Both the position numbers and the translations under genes were made by a program. Of a stretch of 64,000 nucleotides of DNA, positions 45,713-58,067 are shown piece after piece. The DNA lies in the NCBI GenBank assembly GCA_041653835.1, contig JBAZEP010000003.1, forward strand, positions 3,812 through 67,811. Reading direction: 5' to 3'. Source of the stretch: Candidatus Omnitrophota bacterium. GTDB lineage: Bacteria; Omnitrophota; Gorgyraeia; Gorgyraeales; Gorgyraeaceae. The notes under the pieces were generated by a model. That model worked only from the letters and a program-made list of their open reading frames with translations, had not been told where the DNA came from and ran no database searches. Numbering within the stretch: position 1 is the stretch's first letter; each line of letters starts with the position of its first letter.

Positions 45713-47463
45713 TGTCATTAAAAGGTATACCCGCTTCGCCCGGCATAGCCGTAGGTAAGGCATTTTTATTCGATACAAGGCAGTTTATCGTGACCGAAAA
45801 AGCGATCAAGCAGGAGCTTGTTCCTTCCGAGATCATCCGTTTCGAAGAAGCCCTCATAAAGACACGTTCGGAAATACTCGCTATACAAAAAAAGATCTCG
45901 CATGAAATGGGAGCGCAGCACGCGGAAATATTCAACGCCCATTTGCTCGTCCTGGAAGACAGGATGCTGATAGAAGAGGTCATTGAAGGCCTCAAAAAAG
46001 AGCACAAATGCGTGGAATATATATTTTCTAAGGTCATCGAGAAATACATCAAGGTCTTTTCCAGGATGAATGACGAATACCTGAAAGAAAGGACCAGCGA
46101 CATAGAGGATGTAGGCAAGAGGATATTGAAAAATCTCATAGGCGTCCAGGAAAAAACCCTCAGCGATCTGAAAGAAAGAGTAATAGTGGTCGCTTACGAT
46201 ATTTCGCCTTCCGAGACCGCCAATATGCACAAGCAGAATGTCATAGGTTTTGTCACGGACATAGGCGGCAGGACATCCCATACCGCTATCATGGCGAAGT
46301 CTCTCGAGATCCCGGCTGTGGTAGGGCTTGAGAAAGCTACCAGCAGGATAAAGAGCGGCGATACCCTGATCGTGGACGGCGAGGACGGGGTAGTAATAAT
46401 AAATCCGGACAAATCGGTCATAAAAAAATACGAGGCAAAACAACAGAAGTTCGTCGAGTTCGAGAAGATACTCCTTGATTTTAAAGATACGCCGGCCTCC
46501 ACTATCGACGGCCATCGGGTAGAAGTATCGGCGAATATAGAATTGCCTGACGAGGTTGATTCAGTTATCGCGCATGGGGCTGAGGGCATAGGGCTCTACC
46601 GCACCGAATTCCTTTACATGAACAGGAATGACGTGCCCGACGAAGAGGAACAGTTCGAGGCGTATAAAAAAGTGGCGGTCAAGCTTTCCAAGGGCCCGGT
46701 AATAATACGTACCCTGGATATCGGCGGGGATAAATTTTTATCCCAGCTCAAGGTTCCGCAGGAGATGAACCCGTTCATGGGATGGAGGGCTATAAGATTC
46801 TGCCTTGCCAGGCCCGAGATATTCAAGGTCCAGTTAAGGGCTATACTTCGCGCGAGCGTATTCGGGAACATCAAGCTTATGTTCCCCATGATATCCGGCC
46901 TGGGGGAACTCAGGCAGGCCATAAAGGTCCTGGAAGAGGCGAAGCATGAGTTGAAAAATAGAAAAATGAGCTTTAACCAGGACATAGAAGTCGGGGCAAT
47001 GATAGAGATACCGTCAGCCGCCCTTACGTGCGACCTGCTGGCAAAAGAAGTGGACTTTTTCAGCATAGGCACAAACGATCTTATACAATATTCGCTGGCG
47101 GTGGACAGGGCCAACGAGAAGATAGCGTATCTCTACAGGCCGACCCATCCCGCGGTGCTCAGGCTCATAAAAAATATAATAGATTCCGGGCATAAAGAAA
47201 ATATATGGGTAGGGCTGTGCGGAGAGATGGCCGCGGAATCGGGTTTCGTCCTTATACTGTTGGGCCTCGGCCTGGATGAATTCAGCATGAGCCCTGTAGT
47301 TGTCCCGGAAATGAAATATGTCATAAGCAACGTGAAGTTCGAGGACGCCAAAAAAGTCGCGGAAGAGGCAATGAAACTTTCCACGGGCGAAGAGGTGGAG
47401 ACGTTTACCAATAAGCGGCTGAACGAGCTTGTACCTTTGTTAAAGAAGATCAGGAAGAAGTAA
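45712..47463 (+). CDS. ptsI: phosphoenolpyruvate-protein phosphotransferase (PTS enzyme I)
   Basis: GGRTSHTAIMAK active-site His region and the PEP-utilising TIM barrel. Confidence 0.9.
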   Translation: MSLKGIPASPGIAVGKAFLFDTRQFIVTEKAIKQELVPSEIIRFEEALIKTRSEILAIQKKISHEMGAQHAEIFNAHLLVLEDRMLIEEVIEGLKKEHKCVEYIFSKVIEKYIKVFSRMNDEYLKERTSDIEDVGKRILKNLIGVQEKTLSDLKERVIVVAYDISPSETANMHKQNVIGFVTDIGGRTSHTAIMAKSLEIPAVVGLEKATSRIKSGDTLIVDGEDGVVIINPDKSVIKKYEAKQQKFVEFEKILLDFKDTPASTIDGHRVEVSANIELPDEVDSVIAHGAEGIGLYRTEFLYMNRNDVPDEEEQFEAYKKVAVKLSKGPVIIRTLDIGGDKFLSQLKVPQEMNPFMGWRAIRFCLARPEIFKVQLRAILRASVFGNIKLMFPMISGLGELRQAIKVLEEAKHELKNRKMSFNQDIEVGAMIEIPSAALTCDLLAKEVDFFSIGTNDLIQYSLAVDRANEKIAYLYRPTHPAVLRLIKNIIDSGHKENIWVGLCGEMAAESGFVLILLGLGLDEFSMSPVVVPEMKYVISNVKFEDAKKVAEEAMKLSTGEEVETFTNKRLNELVPLLKKIRKK

Positions 47464-47474
47464 AAACTCCCGGC

Positions 47475-48542
47475 ATGAACAAACTGGACAATTTGAAATC
47501 GATAAAAAAGCTGGATCGCTCGGACATGCTGAAGTTCATTTCAGGCTTGCCGGAACAATGCCTTGACGCCTATGGCGCGGGCATGTCTTCGGACATAACC
47601 AAACCCCCGGTAAAAATAAACAATATAGTCTTCGCCGGGATGGGAGGATCGGGCATAGGGGCCGAGCTCGTCAAGTCTTGCCTGGAGCGCGAGTTATCCG
47701 TGCCTATGTCGATATGCCGCAGCTATGCCCTGCCGGGTTTTGTAAAAGACGATACGCTTTTATTCTGCTCGAGTTATTCAGGCAATACGGAAGAAACGCT
47801 TTCATGCTTTGAGGAAGGCGTAAGAAAAAAAGCCTTTATAGTGACCCTTGGGACGGGCGGAAAATTAAAAGAGCTGTCGTCCGCGAATAAGTGCGTGCAT
47901 ATCCCGGTCCCGCCGGGCTATCCTCCCAGGACAGCGGTAGGTTATATGTCGATAATACTGCTCGGCGTTTTAGCGGCGCTCGGCTTTGTAGAAGACAAGA
48001 AAAAAGACGTGGACGAACTTTATTCCGCGCTTTCGGGTATCAGGGATAAGGAGGCGGGGTTTGATGTCCCGGCGCGGGAAAATATCGCCAAACAGATAGC
48101 CGCCAAGCTTTACAAAAAATATCCCGTGCTCTACGGCACGGCCGGCTCGACCGAGGCTGTCAGCGCCAGGTGGAGGGGGCAGATCGCGGAGAATTCAAAA
48201 GCGCTTTCGTCTTCCGGCGTCCTGCCCGAGATGGACCATAACGAGATAGTAGGCTGGAGATTTCCGGAAAAACTTCTCAAGGACTTTAAGGTCATAATGC
48301 TTTGCGATAAAGGCGACGATGAACGCGTGAGAGAACGCGCCCGGATCACCGTAAACGTCATAAAAAAATCAAAGGCAGAGGTGATCACGCTGGAAAGGAA
48401 CGGCTCTTCCAGGCTCGCGAGGCTCTTTTCCCTTATGTACATAGGCGATTTTACAAGTTTTTATCTCGCTATCCTCAATGGCATCGATCCGACCCCGGTG
48501 GACAGCATAGATTATCTAAAAAAAGAATTGGGGAAAATATAA
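47475..48542 (+). CDS. bifunctional phosphoglucose/phosphomannose isomerase (SIS-domain, archaeal-type)
   Basis: FAGMGGSGIGAEL and a second SIS half. Confidence 0.7.
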   Translation: MNKLDNLKSIKKLDRSDMLKFISGLPEQCLDAYGAGMSSDITKPPVKINNIVFAGMGGSGIGAELVKSCLERELSVPMSICRSYALPGFVKDDTLLFCSSYSGNTEETLSCFEEGVRKKAFIVTLGTGGKLKELSSANKCVHIPVPPGYPPRTAVGYMSIILLGVLAALGFVEDKKKDVDELYSALSGIRDKEAGFDVPARENIAKQIAAKLYKKYPVLYGTAGSTEAVSARWRGQIAENSKALSSSGVLPEMDHNEIVGWRFPEKLLKDFKVIMLCDKGDDERVRERARITVNVIKKSKAEVITLERNGSSRLARLFSLMYIGDFTSFYLAILNGIDPTPVDSIDYLKKELGKI

Positions 48543-48633
48543 TGGAAGTTCTCGACTCTCCGCCTGCGGCGGATCGCTCGAACAATATTCTTCGAGCGAG
48601 CGACCGAAGGAAGTGAGTCGAGAAGTGAAAAAT

Positions 48634-49383
48634 ATGAAAATATTATTGCTGGCGGCCGGATACGCCACCAGGCTGTATCCGTTGACCCTGAATACCCCAA
48701 AACCGCTTCTCCCCGTAGCCGGAAAAACCGTCATGGCCCATATATTCGATATCATCGAGCCGCTGAAAGCCGCGGACGAAGTTTTTGTCGTGACAAACGA
48801 CAAATTTTACCGGGATTTCGAGGATTGGAAAAAAACCTTCAAGAGCTCGAAAAAAATAACCATAATAAATGACGGTACGTTATCCAATGAGACAAGGCTC
48901 GGCGCCACCGGGGACATAGAATTCGTCATAGAGAAAGAAAATATAAAAGACGACCTGCTGGTTCTGGCGGGGGACAATCTTTTCAAGGCTGACCTTTCCG
49001 TATTTTCGGATTTCTGCTCTTCGAAAAGGCCGTCTATCACAATAGGCCTTTACGATATAAAAGACTTGCTTCTCGCGAAGAATTACGGTATAGTATCCGT
49101 TGATAAAAATAATAAAATAACGGATTTCATGGAAAAACCATCCGCTCCTCCTTCTACGCTTGCTGCAATGTGCCTTTATTTTTTTCCAAAAGAAAGACTG
49201 GGCATAATGAAGGAATACCGCGGGACAAATACCGCGAAGGACGCGCCCGGTTATTTCCTGGAATGGCTTTACAAGAAAGAAGAGGTATTCGGGTACGTAT
49301 TTAAGGATGAAAAGTGGTTTGACATAGGGGATAAAAAATCGCTGGAAGAAGCGGACAAAGAATTTAGAAAGGAGAGAAAGTAA
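48634..49383 (+). CDS. sugar-phosphate nucleotidyltransferase
   Basis: [18 protein letters not shown]...KPLLPV NTP-transferase signature. Confidence 0.75.
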   Translation: MKILLLAAGYATRLYPLTLNTPKPLLPVAGKTVMAHIFDIIEPLKAADEVFVVTNDKFYRDFEDWKKTFKSSKKITIINDGTLSNETRLGATGDIEFVIEKENIKDDLLVLAGDNLFKADLSVFSDFCSSKRPSITIGLYDIKDLLLAKNYGIVSVDKNNKITDFMEKPSAPPSTLAAMCLYFFPKERLGIMKEYRGTNTAKDAPGYFLEWLYKKEEVFGYVFKDEKWFDIGDKKSLEEADKEFRKERK

Positions 49384-49385
49384 AA

Positions 49386-51811
<2,426 letters not shown>

Positions 51812-51830
51812 CCTTAACCTTCAAACCTTC

Positions 51831-51875
51831 CCCAAACCCGCATCGGGGAGTCCCCGATGCGGGTTTGGGTTTTTG
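51831..51875 (+). terminator. rho-independent terminator after ahcY (about 19-bp GC-rich stem + T-tract)
   Basis: CCCAAACCCGCATCGGGGA / TCCCCGATGCGGGTTTGGG followed by TTTTTGGG. Confidence 0.8.
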
Positions 51876-51877
51876 GG

Positions 51878-52972
51878 TTAATTCCTTATCAGTATTATCC
51901 CCACAGATCCGAATATTATATTTGCCAGATGGGCTGAAAGAAAAGGCGGGAGCGCCCCGCTTTTGCCGAGCGCGATGAAACTTGCCATAAACGCGTAGTA
52001 AATAAATCCTATCACGATACTCATACCTATCCCGACCAGCGCCGAGGCCCTGCCTCTCTGTCTTATCTTTAAAGCGAAGCCCGCGCCTATCAATATTACC
52101 ACGAGGCTGGCGAACGGGAGGCTTATTTTCTGATGCAGGTCCACGTGAAGCCTGGCTATTAATTTAGGCGATGTCTCCGAAAAGTTCTTTATATAGTTCG
52201 AGAGGTCCATATAGCTCATATATTCGTAATTCGTGCCTTTGGATATAAGGTCTTCCGGGCTTTCCATGTCCAGGACCCTTTTTTGGAAGAATTCCGGCGA
52301 ACCGACCACTGCGCCTTTTCTGTCCAGCTTGTACGCGAGCACGCTCGAGAAAAGCCATTTTCTGCCCGCCCATCTCGCTTCATGGGCATTTATTTTTAGC
52401 GACACATTGTCTCTTTTGTCCTGCTGGAGTATAGTGATGCCGTAAGCGGTTTTGGATGACGGGTCGAAATTGTCTATGAATATAAGGCGGTTATTTTTGC
52501 CGTAGAGCGCGATATTGGATATATTTTTCCTGGCGGCGGATGTATTTTTATCCACACTGTCCATGTAATTTTCTTTTATCGATTCCGCTTTTCTCATGCT
52601 TTGCGGGAGTATCCTTTCGGATATGCCGAACATGATTATTGTCACCGCTATCCCCACACATATGAACGGCGCCAGTATCCTGTATATACTTATACCCGCG
52701 GCGCGCATGGCGGTGATCTCACCGTATTTATTGAGCGAGCCCAGGACATATATGGAGGATATCAGGCTCGCCACGGGCGCGGTCTGCGAGACGATAAGGG
52801 GTATCATCGACAGATAGTATTCCCATAATATCCCGATGTGTATATTTTGTTTCAGGACCTCGTCCAGCCTGCCGAAAAGGTCGATGATGACATAAAGGAT
52901 GACAAATACCAGGAGGCAGTATATAAGAGGCAGTATAAAATATTTAGCTATGTATTTGTCCAATATTCGCAT
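51878..52972 (-). CDS. lptG: LptF/LptG family LPS export permease
   Basis: YjgP/YjgQ topology. It is adjacent to its paralog. Confidence 0.75.
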   Translation of the reverse strand: MRILDKYIAKYFILPLIYCLLVFVILYVIIDLFGRLDEVLKQNIHIGILWEYYLSMIPLIVSQTAPVASLISSIYVLGSLNKYGEITAMRAAGISIYRILAPFICVGIAVTIIMFGISERILPQSMRKAESIKENYMDSVDKNTSAARKNISNIALYGKNNRLIFIDNFDPSSKTAYGITILQQDKRDNVSLKINAHEARWAGRKWLFSSVLAYKLDRKGAVVGSPEFFQKRVLDMESPEDLISKGTNYEYMSYMDLSNYIKNFSETSPKLIARLHVDLHQKISLPFASLVVILIGAGFALKIRQRGRASALVGIGMSIVIGFIYYAFMASFIALGKSGALPPFLSAHLANIIFGSVGIILIRN

Positions 52973-52975
52973 GAT

Positions 52976-54073
52976 TTAAGCTTCTATGGTTTTACGCAAC
53001 AATATTATCCCTGCCATGCCTACGATCAAATTAGGCAGGTACATCCAGAATGCCGGGCTCAACACGCCTTTCAGGGATAACGCTATGCTTAAAGCCATCA
53101 ATAGATAGTATAATACGATAAGCCCCAGCGCCACGGCGAATTGGATGGTCTTTTCCCCGCGCCGTGTATATATCCCCAGCGGGATCCCTATGATCATGAA
53201 GACCAGGCTGGCGAAAGACATGGATATCTTCCTGTGGAATTCCGTAACGAGGTTCGGAGTATCCACGTGATACCTGCCAAGTTTTTTGATCTCGTTTTTT
53301 ATTTCCCTGAAATTCATCTCTTTGGGTTTTTTTTCCGTATAGCCGCTGGACGCTATGGATTCATCCACATTCAGGGTCAGGTAATATGTCTTGAAATTCA
53401 GTTTATAGAAATTTACGGGATTCTTCGGGTTAGGTTCGTCGCTTGTGCCGTTTGTAAGTTTTAATTTTACCGCGTTCTGGTTGTCGAGCGTTATGAATTC
53501 CCCTCTTTCCGCTATGATGGTCCTGGTGGAATGTTCGTCCTGCGGCTGGTATATGCGGACGCCCTTCAGCCTATTGCCGTTTATCTCATGGATGAATATT
53601 ATGTAGCCTTTGAAACTTTTTATGAATGTCCCGGGTTCAAGGTACGCGGCAGGGGTCTTTACCCCGATATTCCTTACGATCTTTCTGGACTCGAAATGCA
53701 TCCCGGGTATTATATCGTTATTCAACATCACCGAGATAAGGCTGAACGAGAGACCCAGGATGACCAGTGGAAGAGCCAGCCTGTAAAGATTTATGCCGCT
53801 TGAGCGCATGGCGGTAATCTCGTTGTCCCCCGAAAGCCTGCCGAATACAAGGAGCGTGGAAGTCAATATGGACATCGGTATGGTATAACTCAGCAGGAAT
53901 GGTATAAGATAAAGGAACAGCCTGCCCACAAGCCTTATATCCACGCCTTTATTTATCACGAGCTCCGCGAGCCTTATTATATTACCTATTACGAGGGTAA
54001 AGGTGAATATCGCCAGGGAAAAGAAAAACATGGTAAATATCTCTTTTATTATATATCTGCGCAGTATTTTCAT
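52976..54073 (-). CDS. lptF: LptF/LptG family LPS export permease
   Basis: YjgP/YjgQ topology. Confidence 0.75.
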   Translation of the reverse strand: MKILRRYIIKEIFTMFFFSLAIFTFTLVIGNIIRLAELVINKGVDIRLVGRLFLYLIPFLLSYTIPMSILTSTLLVFGRLSGDNEITAMRSSGINLYRLALPLVILGLSFSLISVMLNNDIIPGMHFESRKIVRNIGVKTPAAYLEPGTFIKSFKGYIIFIHEINGNRLKGVRIYQPQDEHSTRTIIAERGEFITLDNQNAVKLKLTNGTSDEPNPKNPVNFYKLNFKTYYLTLNVDESIASSGYTEKKPKEMNFREIKNEIKKLGRYHVDTPNLVTEFHRKISMSFASLVFMIIGIPLGIYTRRGEKTIQFAVALGLIVLYYLLMALSIALSLKGVLSPAFWMYLPNLIVGMAGIILLRKTIEA

Positions 54074-54849
54074 AGGTCATTTCCCCGGGCGAGCGTTATT
54101 ACCTCCACATATCCCGCGCCTGACTCCTTGAGGAGCCTCGAGCATTCATTGACGGTAGAGCCCGTGGTGAAAAGGTCGTCCACGAGCAGGATATTTTTAC
54201 CCCGGACGGATGAGCCGCTCTTCAAAGAAAAGCTGGAGCGGAGATTTTTTACTCTTTCCTGTCTTTTAAGCTTGCTCTGGGGCAGGGTGTCTTTTATTTT
54301 CCTGAGTGTGTTTCCATAATAAGGTATTCTCATTTCTTTCCCTAATTTACGCGCCAGGATGCCGGAATGATTGATTTCCCTCTCGAATAACCTGGCGGGA
54401 GACATCGGTACGGGTAATATCATCCCGCACTTCCTGCCTACGCCGTATTTTTTCATAAAACCCGCCATCAGCGTAGTAAAGTCCGAAGACAGGGAAGTTA
54501 TTTTCCTGTATTTAAAATCATGTATAAGGCCTTTCAGCGGGCCGTCATAATGGAATGCCGACCACGCGCGGTCAAAATACGGCTCATCTTTTTTGCAATC
54601 CGCGCATACATTTACCTGCTCAGGATCGCCTTCGAGCCGCCTGCCGCATCTCGCGCAGAAGGGAGGGAGCCTTTCCTTTATGCTTTTGGCGCACGCGGGG
54701 CAGACATTGCGGTTGTATTTGTCCGTCCTCCCGCCGCACACCCTGCACAGGACGGGATAAAGCAGATTTACCACGGTTTTCAGCATAGGATAAATATAAC
54801 ACAACGGGTAATTAAATGCAAAGCTTTCAATTAAACAAAATTCCTTCAC
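54070..54849 (-). CDS. comF: ComF-family phosphoribosyltransferase-domain protein
   Basis: N-terminal double zinc-finger Cys pairs and a C-terminal PRTase motif (LLVDDLFTTGST). Confidence 0.8.
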   Translation of the reverse strand: MKEFCLIESFAFNYPLCYIYPMLKTVVNLLYPVLCRVCGGRTDKYNRNVCPACAKSIKERLPPFCARCGRRLEGDPEQVNVCADCKKDEPYFDRAWSAFHYDGPLKGLIHDFKYRKITSLSSDFTTLMAGFMKKYGVGRKCGMILPVPMSPARLFEREINHSGILARKLGKEMRIPYYGNTLRKIKDTLPQSKLKRQERVKNLRSSFSLKSGSSVRGKNILLVDDLFTTGSTVNECSRLLKESGAGYVEVITLARGNDL

Positions 54850-54881
54850 ATTATTATATTTTTATGCTATATTGTTCAAAT

Positions 54882-55613
54882 ATGGCGGATAATAATATAG
54901 ATAATATAGAAGAAAAAATGAGGAACCTTGAGGATTGGAACAGCGAACGCGCCAGGATTAAGCCGGTCCTGGAAGTGGCTGTCGATTTCCATAATAAAGC
55001 GCGGCGCGAAAGGTACTGGAAAAATTTCGAAAAGGCCTCGGAGTTCTACGTGCAGGCTATCGCGAACTACAGAAGCGCGCTCAAGCTGGATCCGAGGTAT
55101 TACCTGCAGGATATTGTAGAAAGAGTGGATTCCGTCATAGAAGAGCATGTGAATAATATGTTTAACCTTAAGGTAAGCGGGGACAGGTTAAAGACCGTCC
55201 AGGGCGTCAAAGAATTTATGGAGTTTGTGGAAGGCCTTAGTGCCGACGAAAAGAAATATGTGGACCGCTATGAGATAGCGTCGACTTATTTCAAAATAGG
55301 CGAACTGTATCTGGGGGACGGGGATATAGACAGGGCATATGAATTTTTTAATAAAGTAATAGATATGGAATGCAACAGGCCTTTCCTTAACAGGGATACA
55401 TATTTAAATATAGGCAGGATACAATTCGATAAGAAAAGATACAAAGAAGCCCTTGTGAGTTTTGTTTCCATGCTTTCTTTTGACAGGGGTAACGCGGATG
55501 CCGTAGTTTATCTCGACATGTGTTTAAAGGAATTAAAGATATTCGAACACAGGTTCAAATTTTTATCCGCGGCGCCGAACGAGGCTAAAAAACTTATAAT
55601 GGAGGTATTATGA
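54882..55613 (+). CDS. TPR-repeat protein
   Basis: Helical repeat content. The start is chosen at the first ATG that does not overlap comF. Confidence 0.5.
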   Translation: MADNNIDNIEEKMRNLEDWNSERARIKPVLEVAVDFHNKARRERYWKNFEKASEFYVQAIANYRSALKLDPRYYLQDIVERVDSVIEEHVNNMFNLKVSGDRLKTVQGVKEFMEFVEGLSADEKKYVDRYEIASTYFKIGELYLGDGDIDRAYEFFNKVIDMECNRPFLNRDTYLNIGRIQFDKKRYKEALVSFVSMLSFDRGNADAVVYLDMCLKELKIFEHRFKFLSAAPNEAKKLIMEVL

Positions 55614-55990
55614 TCAATGATTTTTTTGCGGAGAAAAGGAGGTATCCCAGGATCGAGTTGAGCCTGGACGCCAAGTATAAGATACTGGATTATGAGCAGG
55701 TATATCAGTACGGCAAGACCCAGAATGTATCCGCCGAAGGCGTGTGTTTCGCGTCCGGCGAGCCTTTGAAGTCGGGGGTTTATGTCCAGCTCGAGGTGGA
55801 CATAAAGGACGGATATCCGCCTGTATCCATGGTAGCCGAAATAAGGTGGACCGGCGACGTTAAGGCCGGCAGGGACAAAAAATATATAAACGGCGTCAAG
55901 ATCGTAAATATGCCGGCGAAGGATGAGGCGAGGTTTTTGAAATATTATTGCGATAAAATAGTGGAAAAATTATCAGCTTACCTTAAATAA
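55610..55990 (+). CDS. PilZ domain protein
   Basis: RRYPRIEL...NVSAEGVCF PilZ c-di-GMP-binding motifs. Confidence 0.7.
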   Translation: MINDFFAEKRRYPRIELSLDAKYKILDYEQVYQYGKTQNVSAEGVCFASGEPLKSGVYVQLEVDIKDGYPPVSMVAEIRWTGDVKAGRDKKYINGVKIVNMPAKDEARFLKYYCDKIVEKLSAYLK

Positions 55991-56005
55991 AACAGGAGGG
56001 GCAAT

Positions 56006-56398
56006 ATGGTAATACGTTTATTGTTGGTTCTCGCGCTGGTGTTCGGCTTAACGGGGTGCCTTAAAAAGGCTTCGGACGAGAGCATGTCCACGGACGCGGG
56101 TGTTATGGAAGAAAATATGACCGGAGCGGGCGAAGAAACGATGGACCAGGGGAAGAGCGTATCAGTCGAAGCAGATTTCAGCCAGCCGTCTTCGATGGAA
56201 AAGCCGACCGTTCAGGATATCCAGGAGGCCTTGAAGAGCGCGGGCCTTTACCAGGGCAGGATAGACGGCATACTTGGGCCCAACACCAGGAAGGCCATAG
56301 AGACTTTCCAATTGCAGAATGATTTGAAAGTGGACGGCAAGGTCGGCCCCAAGACATGGGAAAAATTGAAAGAATACCTGGATAGAAATCCGGAATAA
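56006..56398 (+). CDS. lipoprotein with peptidoglycan-binding (PG_binding_1) domain
   Basis: Lipobox LTGC and a C-terminal LYQGRIDGILGPNTRKAIETFQ. Confidence 0.7.
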   Translation: MVIRLLLVLALVFGLTGCLKKASDESMSTDAGVMEENMTGAGEETMDQGKSVSVEADFSQPSSMEKPTVQDIQEALKSAGLYQGRIDGILGPNTRKAIETFQLQNDLKVDGKVGPKTWEKLKEYLDRNPE

Positions 56399-56406
56399 CG
56401 TTCAAA

Positions 56407-57066
56407 ATGAATCCGGACGACAGTAAAAAAAGATACAGCATAGTCCACGAAGACGAATACCTGATCATAGTAAACAAACCTTCCGGGATGCTCGTTGTCC
56501 CGACCCCTAAAGGGGAAACCAACACGCTCACGGACCTTTTGAATCTGGAACTGGACGGCCGCGGCGTTACGGTCAACGCCTACCCCTGCCACAGGATCGA
56601 CAGGGAAACCTCAGGCCTTGTTATTTACGCCAAAGGTAAGTCCATCCGGGATGCCATGATGGACCAGTTCAAGAAACGCCTCGTGAAAAAGACCTATATC
56701 GCGTTTGCCCATGGCGTTGTGCGGAAAGACTCCGATACCCTTAAAGGCGAGGTGTACAGCCGCAAAAAACGTAAATCCGAATTCATGATCACGAAATACA
56801 GGGTCATTGAGAGAAGACGGGATTTTACGATAGTGGAAGTAGCGCCCCTTACAGGCAGGACAAACCAGATCAGGCTCCATTTCAAGGCACTCGGCAATCC
56901 TCTCGTAGGAGAGAGCGTATACGCCTTCAGGAAAGATTTTAAACTGAAATTCAAAAGAACGGCGCTGCACGCGAAGGCGCTGGAATTCAACCACCCTGTC
57001 ACGGGGAAGAGGATGGCTTTTAACCTGCCTTTACCCGATGATATGGCGGACTTTATCAAAAGATGA
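56407..57066 (+). CDS. RluA-family pseudouridine synthase
   Basis: HRIDRETSGLVIYAK catalytic Asp motif. Confidence 0.85.
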   Translation: MNPDDSKKRYSIVHEDEYLIIVNKPSGMLVVPTPKGETNTLTDLLNLELDGRGVTVNAYPCHRIDRETSGLVIYAKGKSIRDAMMDQFKKRLVKKTYIAFAHGVVRKDSDTLKGEVYSRKKRKSEFMITKYRVIERRRDFTIVEVAPLTGRTNQIRLHFKALGNPLVGESVYAFRKDFKLKFKRTALHAKALEFNHPVTGKRMAFNLPLPDDMADFIKR

Positions 57067-58067
57067 AAATAATATTGGAATTGATATTGCTTGTAATATT
57101 ACTCTTGATAGGCGCGCTTACCGCCGCGTCCGAGACGTCTATTATCGCGGCAAGCATTGTAAAACTGAGGCGTCTGGCGGCTGACGGGTCAAAGCCCGCG
57201 AAGATGATATTGAGGATACTTGAGGCGCCGGAGAAATTTTTCGGCACCATGGTTGTTTCGAACAATATAGTGAACTCATTTATAGCCGCTATCATTACAG
57301 CTATAATAATATCTTTTATGGGCGAAAACACGCGGAGCGTGCTGGTAGCGACTTTAATATCGGCGTTTCTTATAATAGTTTTTGAGGTTGCGGCCAAAAC
57401 ACTATCTGCCGGCAGTCCGATAAGAATATCCCTGGCGCTCGTCAGGATGGTGAAGACCCTGATATTCATATTCTCGCCCGCTGTCAGGGCGCTTTCCGTG
57501 ATAACTAATTTTATAGTAAATCTCCTTGGCGGGAAAACCAAAGGCAAGGCCTCTCTTGTGGTGGAAGACGAGATAAAAGCCCTTATCAGGATAGGCGAGG
57601 AAGAAAGCCCGCGCCATAAAGATAAATACAGGATGCTTTCGAAGATATTCGAATTCAGCAATACCGTGGTGAAAACCGTGATGGTGCCCAAGGACAGGAT
57701 GATGTCTATAAATATTGATAACAATATAGATGATATACTTGACTTTGTCCTGGAATCGGGTTATTCCAGGATCCCTGTCTATAAAGACAGGCCGGACAAC
57801 ATAATCGGCGTCATAAATATGAAGGACCTGCTGAACCTGTCCGTGAACAGGGACCTTGTGATCCTGCAGGATGTTATCTATCCTCCCATATTTGTCACGG
57901 ATTCAAAAAATGTAACGGAACTGTTGAAGGAATTCCAGAAGGGCCATACGCATCTCGCTATCGTGGTCGATCCCACGGGCAAGATCCAGGGCCTGGTAAC
58001 CCTGGAAGACCTGCTTGAAGAAATAGTCGGGGAGATAGAGGACGAATCCGACATCCGCAATGCGTAA
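57063..58067 (+). CDS. HlyC/CorC-family transporter (DUF21 + CBS pair)
   Basis: N-terminal DUF21 TM domain and CBS domains. Confidence 0.85.
   Translation: MKIILELILLVILLLIGALTAASETSIIAASIVKLRRLAADGSKPAKMILRILEAPEKFFGTMVVSNNIVNSFIAAIITAIIISFMGENTRSVLVATLISAFLIIVFEVAAKTLSAGSPIRISLALVRMVKTLIFIFSPAVRALSVITNFIVNLLGGKTKGKASLVVEDEIKALIRIGEEESPRHKDKYRMLSKIFEFSNTVVKTVMVPKDRMMSINIDNNIDDILDFVLESGYSRIPVYKDRPDNIIGVINMKDLLNLSVNRDLVILQDVIYPPIFVTDSKNVTELLKEFQKGHTHLAIVVDPTGKIQGLVTLEDLLEEIVGEIEDESDIRNA

Noticed and set aside
45766-46515. 249-aa antisense ORF within ptsI, and similar ORFs (21172-21807, 50158-50835, 62591-63346)
   Set aside because: Shadow ORFs opposite well-supported genes; no RBS and no recognisable domains.
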